Origin: Candidatus Bathyarchaeota archaeon
Lineage (GTDB): Archaea; Thermoproteota; Bathyarchaeia; TCS64
Assembly (NCBI GenBank): GCA_963780545.1
Contig: CAWACK010000024.1
Location: 9,589 to 73,588 of the forward strand
DNA: 64,000 nt
Direction of reading: 5' to 3'
In this document: positions 1 to 10,610 of the stretch, piece by piece
How the letters are laid out: every line of letters begins with the position of its first letter
Position numbering within the stretch: the first letter of the stretch is position 1
Program-made: the position numbers and the translations under genes
The notes under the pieces: generated by a model
Database searches by the model: none
Told to the model about the DNA's origin: nothing
What the model saw: only the letters and a program-made list of their open reading frames with translations

Positions 1-340
1 TATCTTGTTTCCAGCCGCAGAGGTGGGGGGTGTTCTTCCGAGGCTCATTTATAGGAGTAGTGAAGCAATAATCGCTATTCCCTTCTGAATTCTCATCGAG
101 ATTCTAGATTAAACCAATAACCCCTTAAGTTATTGGCTTGTGATTTAACCTCACCTCTCGGCTCGAGTGCCCACACCTCTTTTACACATTTCTCCCATCA
201 CGGTTTGTGCTTAGGTTTAGCAACGAACCTATCTACCCTAACTTGAGACGTTGAGGCCTTTCATATCCCGCGCTTTGGCGCACTTGTGCATTTGGTCCAC
301 TGGTCCAGGTTCGCGCACACATCTGGAGCGTGAGCATATG

Positions 341-1132
341 CTATGGATTCGACTCGAAGTCGTGGGTTGCCTGATAGTATACCCGTCCTCTCCCATACTC
401 GTAGGTATATGCGAAGATTCCCCCATCCGTAAAGACTGCCACAGGATCCGCTCCTGGCTGTAAACCGGAAACCGAAGCCTGAGAACTTGGCCCCACGAGG
501 ACCGTCTGGTTGGCGAGAAGAGAGGTGCCGAGTGGATTATTAACCGAAATCACCGCTCGACCCTCAGCGTTGCTGTAAAAGGAGGCTCCCATCCACTCCG
601 CTATCGAAGCTAAATCGTTCTGCTGAGGGTGCATCGTCCTGTCATTCACCACGAAGTACGGTGGCGTCCCACTGATCAAAACCACTCCTCCGCCCCCATG
701 GATGTAGTTGCTCAATAACTTTGACTCAGACGGGTTACACACCCAGTAGCAGTCGATGACTACTACACTGTATCCGGAGAGGTCGCTGGGTATCTGCGAT
801 GCGCGGTCCACACTCAGGTTGTTGTATCTTAACGCGCTTATCACGGATGAGACTAGCCTCGTCCCGTTTAGCGGTGGGTTAAAGTCGACTGGATCTCCTG
901 GGTGCTCTGAGTTGTAGTCGATCCAGTTCACGTATAGAGCGTGGTTTCCCCCGTTTGCGGCCCAGCGTGCCCCGGCTCCCAGCAGCGTCAGGGAGGGGGT
1001 TAACGTGCTCAACGTGATCGATGGTGTCTCGGTGTTCTGAACGTTAACGGATAAGGAGAGCACCAGGAATCCCGTGATTGCAATGATGCACGTGATTAAA
1101 GCGGCCGCGTATGACTTGCTGTCCTCCCTCAT
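341..1132 (-). CDS. hypothetical membrane-anchored/secreted protein (N-terminal TM helix, Gly/Ser-rich extracellular region)
   Basis: 263-aa ORF with hydrophobic N-terminal segment; no recognisable family. Confidence 0.45.
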   Translation of the reverse strand: MREDSKSYAAALITCIIAITGFLVLSLSVNVQNTETPSITLSTLTPSLTLLGAGARWAANGGNHALYVNWIDYNSEHPGDPVDFNPPLNGTRLVSSVISALRYNNLSVDRASQIPSDLSGYSVVVIDCYWVCNPSESKLLSNYIHGGGGVVLISGTPPYFVVNDRTMHPQQNDLASIAEWMGASFYSNAEGRAVISVNNPLGTSLLANQTVLVGPSSQASVSGLQPGADPVAVFTDGGIFAYTYEYGRGRVYYQATHDFESNP

Positions 1133-1512
1133 GGTTACATCTGCGTGTGATTTCAGGAATATGAGTATCGGTATACGCGATTGAAACCAGGAAAACCCTA
1201 AGAAGTAATTGGATGTATTAATAATTGCTTTAGTGGGAGGTTAAGTAATGGAAGAAAAGATGTACGGCGATTTAATAAGAGCGCGCGCGAATACCGGTAT
1301 GATGAGCGACTATCCAAAACCAAAAATGCCGGCACATCGTCTAGCAGACTTCCTCCCTAGTTAGCATGTTAAGTGTTAGTTAGTTTAAGCGGATCAGGAA
1401 CGGGTAACATCGGATGCCCGAGACGCTGATCATTGAGGAGGTCCAGTTATTTGCCACGTACCTTCGGGGAGAAATCAAGGGCACACGCGCATGAGTAAAA
1501 TTTTTAAAGTTA

Positions 1513-2184
1513 ATGAAAAAAACTACACTTATGACTGAAGAAAATATCATCGAGAAGTTAAGGGAATCAATAATATCGCTAGACGAGGAAGGAGCCAAAA
1601 AAATAACTGAACAAATTATTGACTCCGGGATCGACATTAAGGAAGCGATTGACAAGGGTATAACTGAGGCATCCAGGGTTATTGGAAACAAATTCGAGCG
1701 CCAAGAGTATTTCCTTGGGGAGCTGCTCATCGCGGAGGATATAATCACCGATGCCTTGGGCAAGCTGCTACTCAAGCTACCAAAGGGCGTCGAATCTAGG
1801 AAAACTGGGAAAGTTGTGATAGCAACAGTCTACGGCGATATACACGACATCGGGAAGAATTTGCTGTCGCAGCTTCTCAAGCTTAACAACTTCGAAGTCT
1901 ACGACCTTGGCAACAATGTTCCAAGCATACAGATAGTGAATAAGGCCGTCGAGACAAAGGCAGACGTCGTCGTTCTCTCATCCCTAATGTCCACGACGAT
2001 GCCATCGCAGAAGGAGGTGATAGACATGCTGAAGGCCTTCGGGTGGCGGGATAAGTTTAAGGTGATAATCGGCGGGGGGTCCACAAGCCCCGAATGGAAG
2101 AGTGAGATAGAGGCGGATGGATGGGGCGAGACCGCCTGGGACGGTGTTAAGCTAATTGGGAAGCTTATAGGAGCTGAGGCGTAA
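1513..2184 (+). CDS. methyltransferase cognate corrinoid protein (B12-binding domain, MtmC/MtbC/MttC family)
   Basis: B12-binding DxHxxG motif (GDIHDIGKN) and cap domain; stop overlaps next gene start (TAATG). A TATA-like TTTTTAAA at ~1499 suggests the real start may be the ATG at 1534. Confidence 0.85.
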   Translation: MKKTTLMTEENIIEKLRESIISLDEEGAKKITEQIIDSGIDIKEAIDKGITEASRVIGNKFERQEYFLGELLIAEDIITDALGKLLLKLPKGVESRKTGKVVIATVYGDIHDIGKNLLSQLLKLNNFEVYDLGNNVPSIQIVNKAVETKADVVVLSSLMSTTMPSQKEVIDMLKAFGWRDKFKVIIGGGSTSPEWKSEIEADGWGETAWDGVKLIGKLIGAEA

Positions 2185-3572
2185 TGCCGGTGCCACCGTG
2201 GAGAATAACATCGGTGCTGAGCCGAGCCGAGGAAGGGCCCCTAATATTTGAGAGGGATTTCGACCGGAAGGTGCTGATGCCTAACATAAAAAGGGTTGTG
2301 AAGGAATACGACCTAAAATTCGACCCCGAAATCCCGATTCCCTCCGACGACTCGCTCGCTAAAGACGTCTGGAGAGCCGGCGTAGATCTCTTCCTCTCCG
2401 TTGGCACCTTCTGCACCTCGACGAGCAGGCGGATGCTCTTCACGGATGAGGATCTTAAGGAGGCACTGTGGAACTACCACCAACAAATTGAGATCGGTGA
2501 AGGGCAGAACAGGAAGATCTGGTCGTCTAGGCGGGTTGAGAGCAAGAATTATCCGGGCTGCCTGTTCACCCCGGTGGGGGTTCGATGCTCGGAGGAGAAC
2601 TTCGTCCACATGCTCATGGCGTATATGCAGGAGCCGCTAGCCGACGGTGTATCAACCCCCATACTGGAGAAGATTGAAGGCCAATACGCTAAGACATACT
2701 CACCCTTCGAACAACAGGGCGGCGTGGTTCATGCACAATACTCCCGTCAAGCGGCCGTCAGGGTCGGTAGACCAGGATTGCCGGTGGTTCTGACTGGAAC
2801 GGCCCTATCCGCAGCATCTCAGATCGCTTCAAGCGACCAGATGTGGGGCGCCCGAACCTCCGACCTTAGACTCGTCTCTATCATCAGCGAGCTCAAAACT
2901 GACTACGACCTGTTGAATAAGGCTCTGCACTTCAGGCAATTTGGTGGAAATGTGGGGACGCTTACGAGCCCATTATTCGGGGCCTACGCCGGCATCGAGG
3001 GCACGACTGTTCTAGGCATCGCCTCACATCTCCAGGGGCTGATGGTCAACCAGGGTGATTTCACGTGCTACTTCCCAGTTCATATGAGATACGTTAACAA
3101 CACGAGCAGGGAGATGCTCTGGCTTGTGAGTCTGACTTACCAGGCTCTAGCCGAGAACTCTAACCTCATCTCCGCTTCGAACGGCTTCGCGGTGGCTGGG
3201 CCATGCACAGATATGGTTCTATACGAAGCTAGTCTTCACGGGATAGTCAGCGCCGTCTCCGGCTCAGCTGTGCTTTGGGAGATAGCGTCGGCTATGAACA
3301 AGCAGTTTGAGCGCACGACCCCTATGGAGGCTAGAATGGCTTGTGAGACCGGGTTAGCAGCGATAAACTCTGAGCTGAAGCGGTCAGACGTCAATGAGAT
3401 CGTTAAAACCATCCTCCCGAAATACGAGAACAGATTCAATGATCCCCCATTCGGCAAATCGTTCCCCGAATGCTACGACGTCAAAACCCTGAAGCCATCC
3501 ACCGAGTATTTGGAGCTATACAAAAAGATCAAAAAAGAGCTCGAGGAGCTAGGGCTACACTATTTCTATTAA
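2184..3572 (+). CDS. MtmB-family (monomethylamine methyltransferase-like) protein lacking the pyrrolysine codon
   Basis: 462 aa with clear similarity to MtmB along its length (e.g. C-terminus GKSFPECYDVKTL...ELGL). The region aligning to the Pyl residue (RPGLPVVLTG, ~2776-2811) has no in-frame TAG. Confidence 0.8.
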   Translation: MPVPPWRITSVLSRAEEGPLIFERDFDRKVLMPNIKRVVKEYDLKFDPEIPIPSDDSLAKDVWRAGVDLFLSVGTFCTSTSRRMLFTDEDLKEALWNYHQQIEIGEGQNRKIWSSRRVESKNYPGCLFTPVGVRCSEENFVHMLMAYMQEPLADGVSTPILEKIEGQYAKTYSPFEQQGGVVHAQYSRQAAVRVGRPGLPVVLTGTALSAASQIASSDQMWGARTSDLRLVSIISELKTDYDLLNKALHFRQFGGNVGTLTSPLFGAYAGIEGTTVLGIASHLQGLMVNQGDFTCYFPVHMRYVNNTSREMLWLVSLTYQALAENSNLISASNGFAVAGPCTDMVLYEASLHGIVSAVSGSAVLWEIASAMNKQFERTTPMEARMACETGLAAINSELKRSDVNEIVKTILPKYENRFNDPPFGKSFPECYDVKTLKPSTEYLELYKKIKKELEELGLHYFY

Positions 3573-3587
3573 AGAGCGCGCAAGCAG

Positions 3588-5477
3588 ATGAATAAATACG
3601 AAAATGAACGAGATGTGAAAATAGTCTTCGAACCTGACGGAAACAAAGTAACAATCTCCCCAGGATCAAACATATTCGAAGCCGCAAACAAGGCTGGAAA
3701 TAAAATTCGGTTTGAGTGCGGTGGAAAAGGCACATGTGGAAAGTGCAGAGTGATAATCAGGGATAGAGAAGCAATAACCGAGCTAACTAAATACGAGAAG
3801 AACCAACTCTCCCCCTCCGAGATCCAGTCAGGCTACAGGCTTGCATGTCAAACAGCCGCGAAGGAAAACGTCGTGGTATTTGTGCCACCCGAGAGCAGAG
3901 TAGAGTCGCGCAGGATCCAGACAACAGGATTCGAGAAGCGCATCAAGATCAACCCCTTGATCCAAAAATTTCACTTCAGGGTACCCAAGCCCACTTTAGA
4001 TGATCCTAGGTCAGATTTCGAGAGGCTCATCGAATCCCTGCGATCCGAGTACAACCTCAGCATACGGGACATCAAAATCGAGTTGCTGAGGGAGCTGCCC
4101 AGCATCCTGCGAAGGGCGGATTGGGACGTAACGGTTACCACATGGAGTAGGAGACGTGTGATAGCGGTCGAGAGCGGAGACACTTCCCTGAGCGTCTACG
4201 GCTCAGCGATTGACATCGGGACATCTAAAATCGTCGTGCATGTAGTAGATTTGATAAAAGGCGAGACTAGGGGAGTCGGGTCCGTCGAGAATCCCCAGAT
4301 CATCTACGGCGAGGACCTGCTGACCCGAATATCTCACGCAATCACAAACAACGAGGGGCGTAAAGCTCTGCAGGATTTGATCATCAAGGGCATAAATGAG
4401 GCTCTAAAGATCGCCTGCGACGAGGCTAAACTAGAAGCAGATAACATCTACGAGGCGACCATGGTGGGTAACACTGCCATGCATCACTTCCTTCTAGGGA
4501 TAGAGCCCAGATACCTCGCCACCTCCCCCTTCACGCCTGCCGTAAAGATGCCAGTTGACGTCGATGCGTCGACGCTGAATCTGGGGCTGAATAGAAACGG
4601 CAACGTCCACGTCCTCCCAGTCATAGCGGGGTTCGTTGGGGCCGACGCCGTGGGCGATGTCCTCTCAAGTGGGATCTGTAGATCAAGGGACATCTCACTG
4701 CTACTCGACATCGGCACAAACACGGAGCTATTCGTGGGAAACGAGGAAGATGTAATCTCCTGCTCCTGCGCCTCAGGCCCCGCGTTCGAGGGCGGCCACA
4801 TCAAGCACGGCATGAAAGCCGTGACCGGAGCAATAGAGAGGATATCCATAAACCCGGAATCATACGAGGTCGAGTACGAGACCATCGATAAAGCGAAGCC
4901 AAGAGGATTGTGCGGCTCCGCTGTAATCGACATCATCGCGGAGATGTTCAAAATCGGAATGATCGATAACAGGGGAAGATTTAACTCCAACGTCAGGACC
5001 GAAAAACTGAGAAAAAACGAAAACGTTGATGAGTTTGTGCTTGTCCCAGGTGAAAACTCCGCCACGGGACGCGACATCGTGTTCACACAGAAGGACATCA
5101 CCGAGGTCCAACTAGCCAAGTCCGCGATCTACACGGGCTGCCACATTCTGATGAAGAGAAAAGAGGTGAGAGAGAAGGATCTGAAGCACATCATGATCGC
5201 CGGAGCATTCGGGAACTACATCAGCCCCAAGAATGCGAAGACCATCGGCCTTGTACCAGATGTGCCAAACGAGAGGATAAAGTTCCTAGGCAACACAGCC
5301 ATCATGGGGGCTAAGATGGCACTCGTCTCCAAGGAGGCCAGAGGGCAGGCAAGCAAGATATCGAGAAAAGTCAAATACTTAGAGCTCTCGATTGACCCAG
5401 ACTTCAGATCGGAGTTCGCCTCAGCGCTCTTCATACCTCATAGAGTTCAGAGTAGGTTCACCTCTGAGAAGAATTAG
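3588..5477 (+). CDS. RamA-like corrinoid protein reductive activase (N-terminal 2Fe-2S ferredoxin + ASKHA ATPase domain)
   Basis: N-terminal CGGKGTCGKC...C ferredoxin motif; ~630 aa; gene order corrinoid protein-methyltransferase-activase. Confidence 0.8.
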   Translation: MNKYENERDVKIVFEPDGNKVTISPGSNIFEAANKAGNKIRFECGGKGTCGKCRVIIRDREAITELTKYEKNQLSPSEIQSGYRLACQTAAKENVVVFVPPESRVESRRIQTTGFEKRIKINPLIQKFHFRVPKPTLDDPRSDFERLIESLRSEYNLSIRDIKIELLRELPSILRRADWDVTVTTWSRRRVIAVESGDTSLSVYGSAIDIGTSKIVVHVVDLIKGETRGVGSVENPQIIYGEDLLTRISHAITNNEGRKALQDLIIKGINEALKIACDEAKLEADNIYEATMVGNTAMHHFLLGIEPRYLATSPFTPAVKMPVDVDASTLNLGLNRNGNVHVLPVIAGFVGADAVGDVLSSGICRSRDISLLLDIGTNTELFVGNEEDVISCSCASGPAFEGGHIKHGMKAVTGAIERISINPESYEVEYETIDKAKPRGLCGSAVIDIIAEMFKIGMIDNRGRFNSNVRTEKLRKNENVDEFVLVPGENSATGRDIVFTQKDITEVQLAKSAIYTGCHILMKRKEVREKDLKHIMIAGAFGNYISPKNAKTIGLVPDVPNERIKFLGNTAIMGAKMALVSKEARGQASKISRKVKYLELSIDPDFRSEFASALFIPHRVQSRFTSEKN

Positions 5478-5567
5478 AAGTTCAAATCCGGGCGCCTAGT
5501 ATCAGACTGGTACGTGATTTATCTATAAAGAGAACATTTATTCTCAGGACAATCATAGGGATGAAAA

Positions 5568-6542
5568 ATGAGATTACTTGACCACTTCTCCAAATTTGAA
5601 AAAATGCCTACCGTACCTATTCTGGGGTACAACGCCTTAAAACCCACCGATCTGAAAACGACAGAATGCTTATTCGACCCTGAAAAGCACGTTAAGCTCG
5701 TCAAATTCATCCAACACGAACTAGAACCAGATGCCGCCCTACCTCTGCTGGATCTGACCGTCGAGGCACAAACAATGGGCGCGGAGGTCGTTTACCCAGA
5801 GTACGATGCCCCGAGGATTGAGGGAAGCATCGAAATCAAAAACGTGGTTCAGACCTAGGTTAAGAACAGGATAGCAACGATGGTTGAGACGGCTGAGAAG
5901 CTGAAAAACTCGATACCAGACACACCCATAGGATTTTACGTGACGGGTCCGTTTACTGTCGCTGGGCAGATTGTAGGTGTCGATAAACTCGTAAAAAGCA
6001 TGATAAGAGACCCTAAGGCCGTTATCTCCCTCCTAGAGATCATCACACCCGAGTGCCTCACGTACGCTAGGGGGCTCGAGGAGGCGGGCATAGATTTCCT
6101 GGTAATGCCTGAACCCTCCTCGAGCCTTATCTCAGCTGAGCAGTTCAAGAAATTCTCGCAACCCTATCTTCGGAGGATAATATCCTCAGTTAAATTAGAT
6201 ACGGTTCTGCACATCTGTGGGAGATCTAGCCACCTGATCCGGTTGTTACCTGAAACCGAAGCTGCGGGTATAAGCATCGACCACAACGTATCGATGACTA
6301 AGGCCGTGTCAGAGGTTCCAGGTGACACCCTTGTCTTTGGAAACTACCCACCATCTAATCTGGTGTTTGAGGACATCTCGACTATCAGAGCAAACGTTGC
6401 TAGAATGCTGATGGATGTTAAGGATCATGGAAATGTTGTCTCAAGCACTGGCTGCGACATTCCCTCCAACGCCCCGATGATTAATATTGAAGCTTTTATT
6501 AAATCGTCAAAAGAGATTAAGAATCGGCATGAATCATCCTGA
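5568..6542 (+). pseudogene. MtaA/MtbA-like methylcobamide methyltransferase (uroporphyrinogen decarboxylase family) interrupted by one in-frame TAG at 5856-5858
   Basis: ORFs 5568..5858 and 5880..6542 are in the same frame, separated only by TAG. Both halves align contiguously to MtaA (LPLLDLTVEAQTMGAEV ... LHICGR). Either a nonsense pseudogene, an error or amber read-through. Confidence 0.6.
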
Positions 6543-6673
6543 GCAAGCACTGTTAACTTTTGAATGATTCAGCTATATCCAAATTTCAGTTAAAATTTCA
6601 TACATGTGACTTCCAGATGCTATTTTTAGAGCGGGGGATATGGATAAAAGAGCTGGGGACCGGTTTTCGTATT

Positions 6674-7207
6674 ATGAGAATACTTGCACTGGTCGGAAGT
6701 CCCCGCCGTGGAGGAAACACGGACCTGCTCGTAGACGCTGCTCTAGCAGAAGTCGAGAAGCGGGGCCACATCGGGAAGAAACTGCACCTCTACGACTACG
6801 AGATAAAGCCATGTGTCGACTGCCATGCCTGCAAGAAGGGTGAGCTTGCATGCATTCTCAAGGACGACATGCCGAAGATCTATGAGGAGATAGATGCTGC
6901 AGGCGCTCTAATAATCGGTACACCCATCTACTGGTATGGACCCACAGCAAAGATGAAGCTCCTAATCGACCGCCTTCGTCCATATGTCGAAAACCGTCGC
7001 CTCGACGGCAAGAGGACGTTCCTCATTGCCCCCTCCGAGGAGGGCCCAAGCGCTTGCAAGCCTCTCATAGATAGTCTTAAGATGAGTTTCAGGTACCTCG
7101 GGCTCGTCTATGGCGGTAAGGCGCTGATAACAGCCAACGAGAAAGGCGAGGTTGCAGGGAAGCCTGATGAGATGGCGAAGGCGCGCCTCCTGCTGTCAGG
7201 ACTTTAA
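6674..7207 (+). CDS. flavodoxin-fold NADPH-dependent FMN reductase / iron-sulfur flavoprotein family
   Basis: MRILALVGSPRRGGNTD N-terminus typical of the family; CxxCxxC-like Cys cluster. The upstream extension in the ORF track is unlikely to be translated. Confidence 0.7.
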   Translation: MRILALVGSPRRGGNTDLLVDAALAEVEKRGHIGKKLHLYDYEIKPCVDCHACKKGELACILKDDMPKIYEEIDAAGALIIGTPIYWYGPTAKMKLLIDRLRPYVENRRLDGKRTFLIAPSEEGPSACKPLIDSLKMSFRYLGLVYGGKALITANEKGEVAGKPDEMAKARLLLSGL

Positions 7208-7225
7208 AGTTCGCGCACGCGAATA

Positions 7226-8104
7226 TTATTTTCTTTCATATGCTCGCTTCAGAGCCTCAACATCAATTTTCTTCATTTTAAGGAACGCCTCCGTCACTCG
7301 AGCAACTTTCTCTTCGTCCTTGTCCCTAAGCATCTCATCCATAACAGTGGGAACAATCTGCCACGAGAGACCATACTTGTCTTTAAGCCATCCACATTGC
7401 TCCGCCTTCGGGTCATCAGAGAGCTTTCCCCAATAGTAGTCTACCTCATCTTGAGATTCGCATTTGACAACAAATGAGATGGCCTCATTGAAGGAAAAGC
7501 CATGCTGATGAGCGCTATCCATAGCCGCGAAATCCTGGCCATCAAGCGTGAAAGCAACGTGCTGCACCGAGCCCTCCCTATCAGGCTCCATACCCTTACC
7601 GTAGCGGAGAATATCGCCAACTTTTGCGTCGTGAAACACCGATGCGTAAAAGTTGACAGCCTCCTCAGTCTTACCACATACACCGCCGACAAACATCAGC
7701 GTCGGAGTGATCCTCTGTCCGAGTCGCCTAGTGAACATCAGCTGCCACGAGACCCCGTACCTGTCCTCCACCCAGCCATATTTTTCGCTGAAAGTGTATT
7801 CGCCAAGCCCCATCCGCACTACGCCCTTCTTGGTGAGTTCCCCCCATAACACATCGACCTCACCCTCCGTGTCGCAGGCGACGAGAAACGAAATCGATGG
7901 ATTAAGTTTGAAATATGGGCCTGTGCTGATGAGGTAGAATACCTGCCCAAAAAGTTCCAGTGTGAAGAGTACGGCCGAACCCGAAGGCGTGTTACGCAGC
8001 TTTACCCTGTTCACAATTTTCGTACCTCTGAAGATGGAGGCGTAGAACTCGGCCGCCTCCTCAGCCTCAGTATCGAACCACAAATGCGGTATGATTTTCT
8101 GCAT
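7226..8104 (-). CDS. VOC/glyoxalase-superfamily protein with tandem PhnB-like (3-demethylubiquinone-9 3-methyltransferase-type) domains
   Basis: Two repeated ~140-aa domains with WFD/YWG...SWQ motifs typical of PF06983. Confidence 0.65.
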   Translation of the reverse strand: MQKIIPHLWFDTEAEEAAEFYASIFRGTKIVNRVKLRNTPSGSAVLFTLELFGQVFYLISTGPYFKLNPSISFLVACDTEGEVDVLWGELTKKGVVRMGLGEYTFSEKYGWVEDRYGVSWQLMFTRRLGQRITPTLMFVGGVCGKTEEAVNFYASVFHDAKVGDILRYGKGMEPDREGSVQHVAFTLDGQDFAAMDSAHQHGFSFNEAISFVVKCESQDEVDYYWGKLSDDPKAEQCGWLKDKYGLSWQIVPTVMDEMLRDKDEEKVARVTEAFLKMKKIDVEALKRAYERK

Positions 8105-8263
8105 GATGATGCTTTGGATCTCGTGTTTATTAAGTCAAATTAAATAACTCATGTGATTCGTACTCAAAACTCTGACTCGCGCACGCTTGCTGTAGGAATA
8201 TTTCTCGTCAACAATTCATATTTATGAAATATCATAGCGCGCGCGACGCTTACGAACCTTGAG

Positions 8264-8905
8264 TTAAGCCACTGAACTGGTGAATACACCCTCGTAGATG
8301 AATCCCGCACTCGACGTCACCCGTATAACATAGGATGTTGATGTCGCCCATTGGTAATCCAAGGTAATCGCCGCATGTGATCCGACTGGAATGGATGATC
8401 TGATGCTTGGTATCTGAAACGTTGAGGGTGAGCTTCCCGCTTGATTAGCCTCGATAGATACCGATTCAATTACAACATCAACGCTCCCAATATTTCTGAC
8501 ATCCAACGTAAACGATGCGCTACCCCAGGTTACGGAGTCTATCCTAATCCGCGTCTGCTCCAGGCTGCTGATCGACTGGATTAGCTCCTGAAGCTTCGTG
8601 ACGTTTCCCTTAAGCTGCTGAAGTAGGTTCCCCTGAATCTGCAGGAGTGTAGCCTGAGTCTGAAGCTGCGTGTCCTGAGCCTGAATCTCCGTACTCTGGG
8701 CCTGAATCTGTGTGTCTTTGGCTTGAAGCTGCGTGTCTTGAGCCTGGAGTAGTGCATCCTTGGCGGTTAGCTCAGCCTCCTGGCTCTGGATTCTGAGATC
8801 GTATGTCACAACCTGATTATGAAGAGTATTCGAAGCGATAAGGTAGCCACCGACCAGACCTGCGAACAGGCAAATGGCTGCCAAAATGTAGAGCTTCGAG
8901 TCCAT
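8264..8905 (-). CDS. membrane-anchored coiled-coil protein with heptad (QAQDTQL)n repeats
   Basis: N-terminal TM helix; six 7-aa / 21-nt tandem repeats; Ser/Thr-rich C-terminus. Confidence 0.55.
   Translation of the reverse strand: MDSKLYILAAICLFAGLVGGYLIASNTLHNQVVTYDLRIQSQEAELTAKDALLQAQDTQLQAKDTQIQAQSTEIQAQDTQLQTQATLLQIQGNLLQQLKGNVTKLQELIQSISSLEQTRIRIDSVTWGSASFTLDVRNIGSVDVVIESVSIEANQAGSSPSTFQIPSIRSSIPVGSHAAITLDYQWATSTSYVIRVTSSAGFIYEGVFTSSVA
8631..8756. repeat. 21-nt tandem coding repeat (x6) encoding coiled-coil heptads
   Basis: cctgaatctg / ctgaagctgcgtgtc units recur with 21-nt period. Confidence 0.7.
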
Positions 8906-9067
8906 GGAGTTAAGTTGTGGAAGGGGAGTTAAGTTTTATGAGGAATTAATTAATCAGCTTACGCGTATTGCGCACACGATACGCTCGCGGAGTTTTTCTG
9001 AGCTGATGAAGCTACCCGAGGTTAACTCCCTAGCTGATCTCGCGCATAAAAAATGGGTTCACAGACA

Positions 9068-9946
9068 TCTATTTCTCAGGCAAAACGCCTAGATCACAAA
9101 GAGCTTTGTTGATCCTCCGCTTTTCCTCGTCTGTGGCTGGCAGTAACGGAAGCCGCGGCGGTCCAGCTGGTAAACCCAACATTTCAAACCCTGCCTTTAT
9201 CTTCGAAGCATCGCCCATCGACCTCGCCAGTGGAACTATTTTCAATGCATTTCTCTAGCAGCCTTTAGGTCCCCCTTCTCGATCAGATCATACATACTAC
9301 ACGCAACCTTGGGTACGAATTCAGGCCAAGTCGTTATCAGTCCCCTCGCCCCAGCAGCCATGGCCGGCAAGAAATTCGCGCCGAGCCCAGAGAACACCGA
9401 TATTCTCTCTCCATTGAGTGCAATCTGATCAAACAACTGATAGATTGACGGATCAGATTCTTTCAACCCAACAATATTCTTAATCTCCGTCAATTTATGA
9501 ACCAAATCAGGGTGAAGGTTCGGGTGACCAAGGTATGGAATATTAAAGAGAATTATCGGAATATCCACGCTTTGTGATATTGTGTGAAAGTGTTGAATTA
9601 TGCCCTCTTCGCTCGGAAAAACGAAATACGGTGGCGTAATCATGACTGCATCGGCGCCAACATCTTTACAATAAGATGCGAGTCTTCGAGTCTCTTCCGT
9701 ATTCTCACAACCGATGTTGCATATCACATGCTTATTATGAGCACACCCGTCTATCGCGTTCTTGTAAAGCAATTTTCTCTCATCGGTCGATAGTGAGGAG
9801 AATTCGCCATTTGTGCCGGCAATAACCATGCCCTGCATATCAGACTCGTTGACGATTCTGATGTGCTCCTTGAAACCGTAAATATCTAGAGCGTAATTAC
9901 TCGTGAAGGGTGAAATCACTGAAACAAATATCCCCTTTCCCAACAT
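9068..9946 (-). pseudogene. DapA-family aldolase (dihydrodipicolinate synthase/N-acetylneuraminate lyase family), frameshifted near 9240
   Basis: ORF 9242..9946 matches DapA family. The C-terminus (KIVPLARSMGDASKIKAGFEMLGLPAGPPRLPLLPATDEEKRRINKALCDLGVLPEK) continues in another frame down to a TAG at ~9068. Confidence 0.65.
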
Positions 9947-10109
9947 ATTTTTTATCTCACATTTCTATTTGAAAATGACAATTTATAAGAATATGCTTCA
10001 GGCGCGCGCTGGCATATCTTCATTGCGATTAAAATGATGCAATGTAACTAATCGAGTACAGTTTGTATGAAGGCGCTTTCAAATATCGCTTAGTGGCCTG
10101 GCGTTACAT

Positions 10110-10578
10110 CTAGCACAGTCCCTGTATGCGGTAAATGTCTTTGCCGATCCTTCTAATATCTAAAATTCTGTATACACCTATCTCCGATGTATTACTAACA
10201 TGCATATTCTCGCATGTCTGAACATCATAATCTCCTATCGATACAATCCTAACATTCTCTATATGGGACGGCACACCGCTGATATCTATTTCTTGAGGAA
10301 TCATATTCCTAGAATACGTCTTAATTACTACGCCTAGGTTTTTCTTGATGATATTATTCATTTTCCCCTCTAATTCCTCCCGAGAAATCAGAGTTAAATC
10401 TACCATGCTTCTGACGTCTAACCTTATTTTTATCATCATAGATCTGCATCCCTGTCTGCTTCGCGCCATACTCCTCGATCAGTATGTGTAGCAGAATATG
10501 TTGAGCAGTTTCCATTCTTGCTTTTACTTCAACCATCAATTTACATGGAATGTCGCATAAAGTCAATAACTTAATCAT
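10110..10578 (-). pseudogene. AlaX-like tRNA editing domain protein, frameshifted
   Basis: Overlapping ORFs 10354..10578 (HxxxH motif TAQHILLHIL) and 10110..10469 (QTCENMHV ~ CGGTH region) in different frames. Together they make ~156 aa, AlaX-S sized. Confidence 0.5.
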
Positions 10579-10610
10579 CCAGACGCGCGCGAGGGATGAC
10601 GCGCATGGGT

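Noticed and set aside
1380-5434. Antisense ORFs inside the methyltransferase operon (1380..1775-, 2313..2609-, 2401..2640+, 4484..5119-, 4860..5111-, 5216..5434-)
   Set aside because: They lie entirely within well-supported + strand genes and have no family resemblance.
5475-5530. GTTCAAATCCGGGCGCC just after the RamA stop, resembling a tRNA T-arm
   Set aside because: Flanking 5-mers are not complementary, so no T-stem forms, and no upstream D- or anticodon arm exists.
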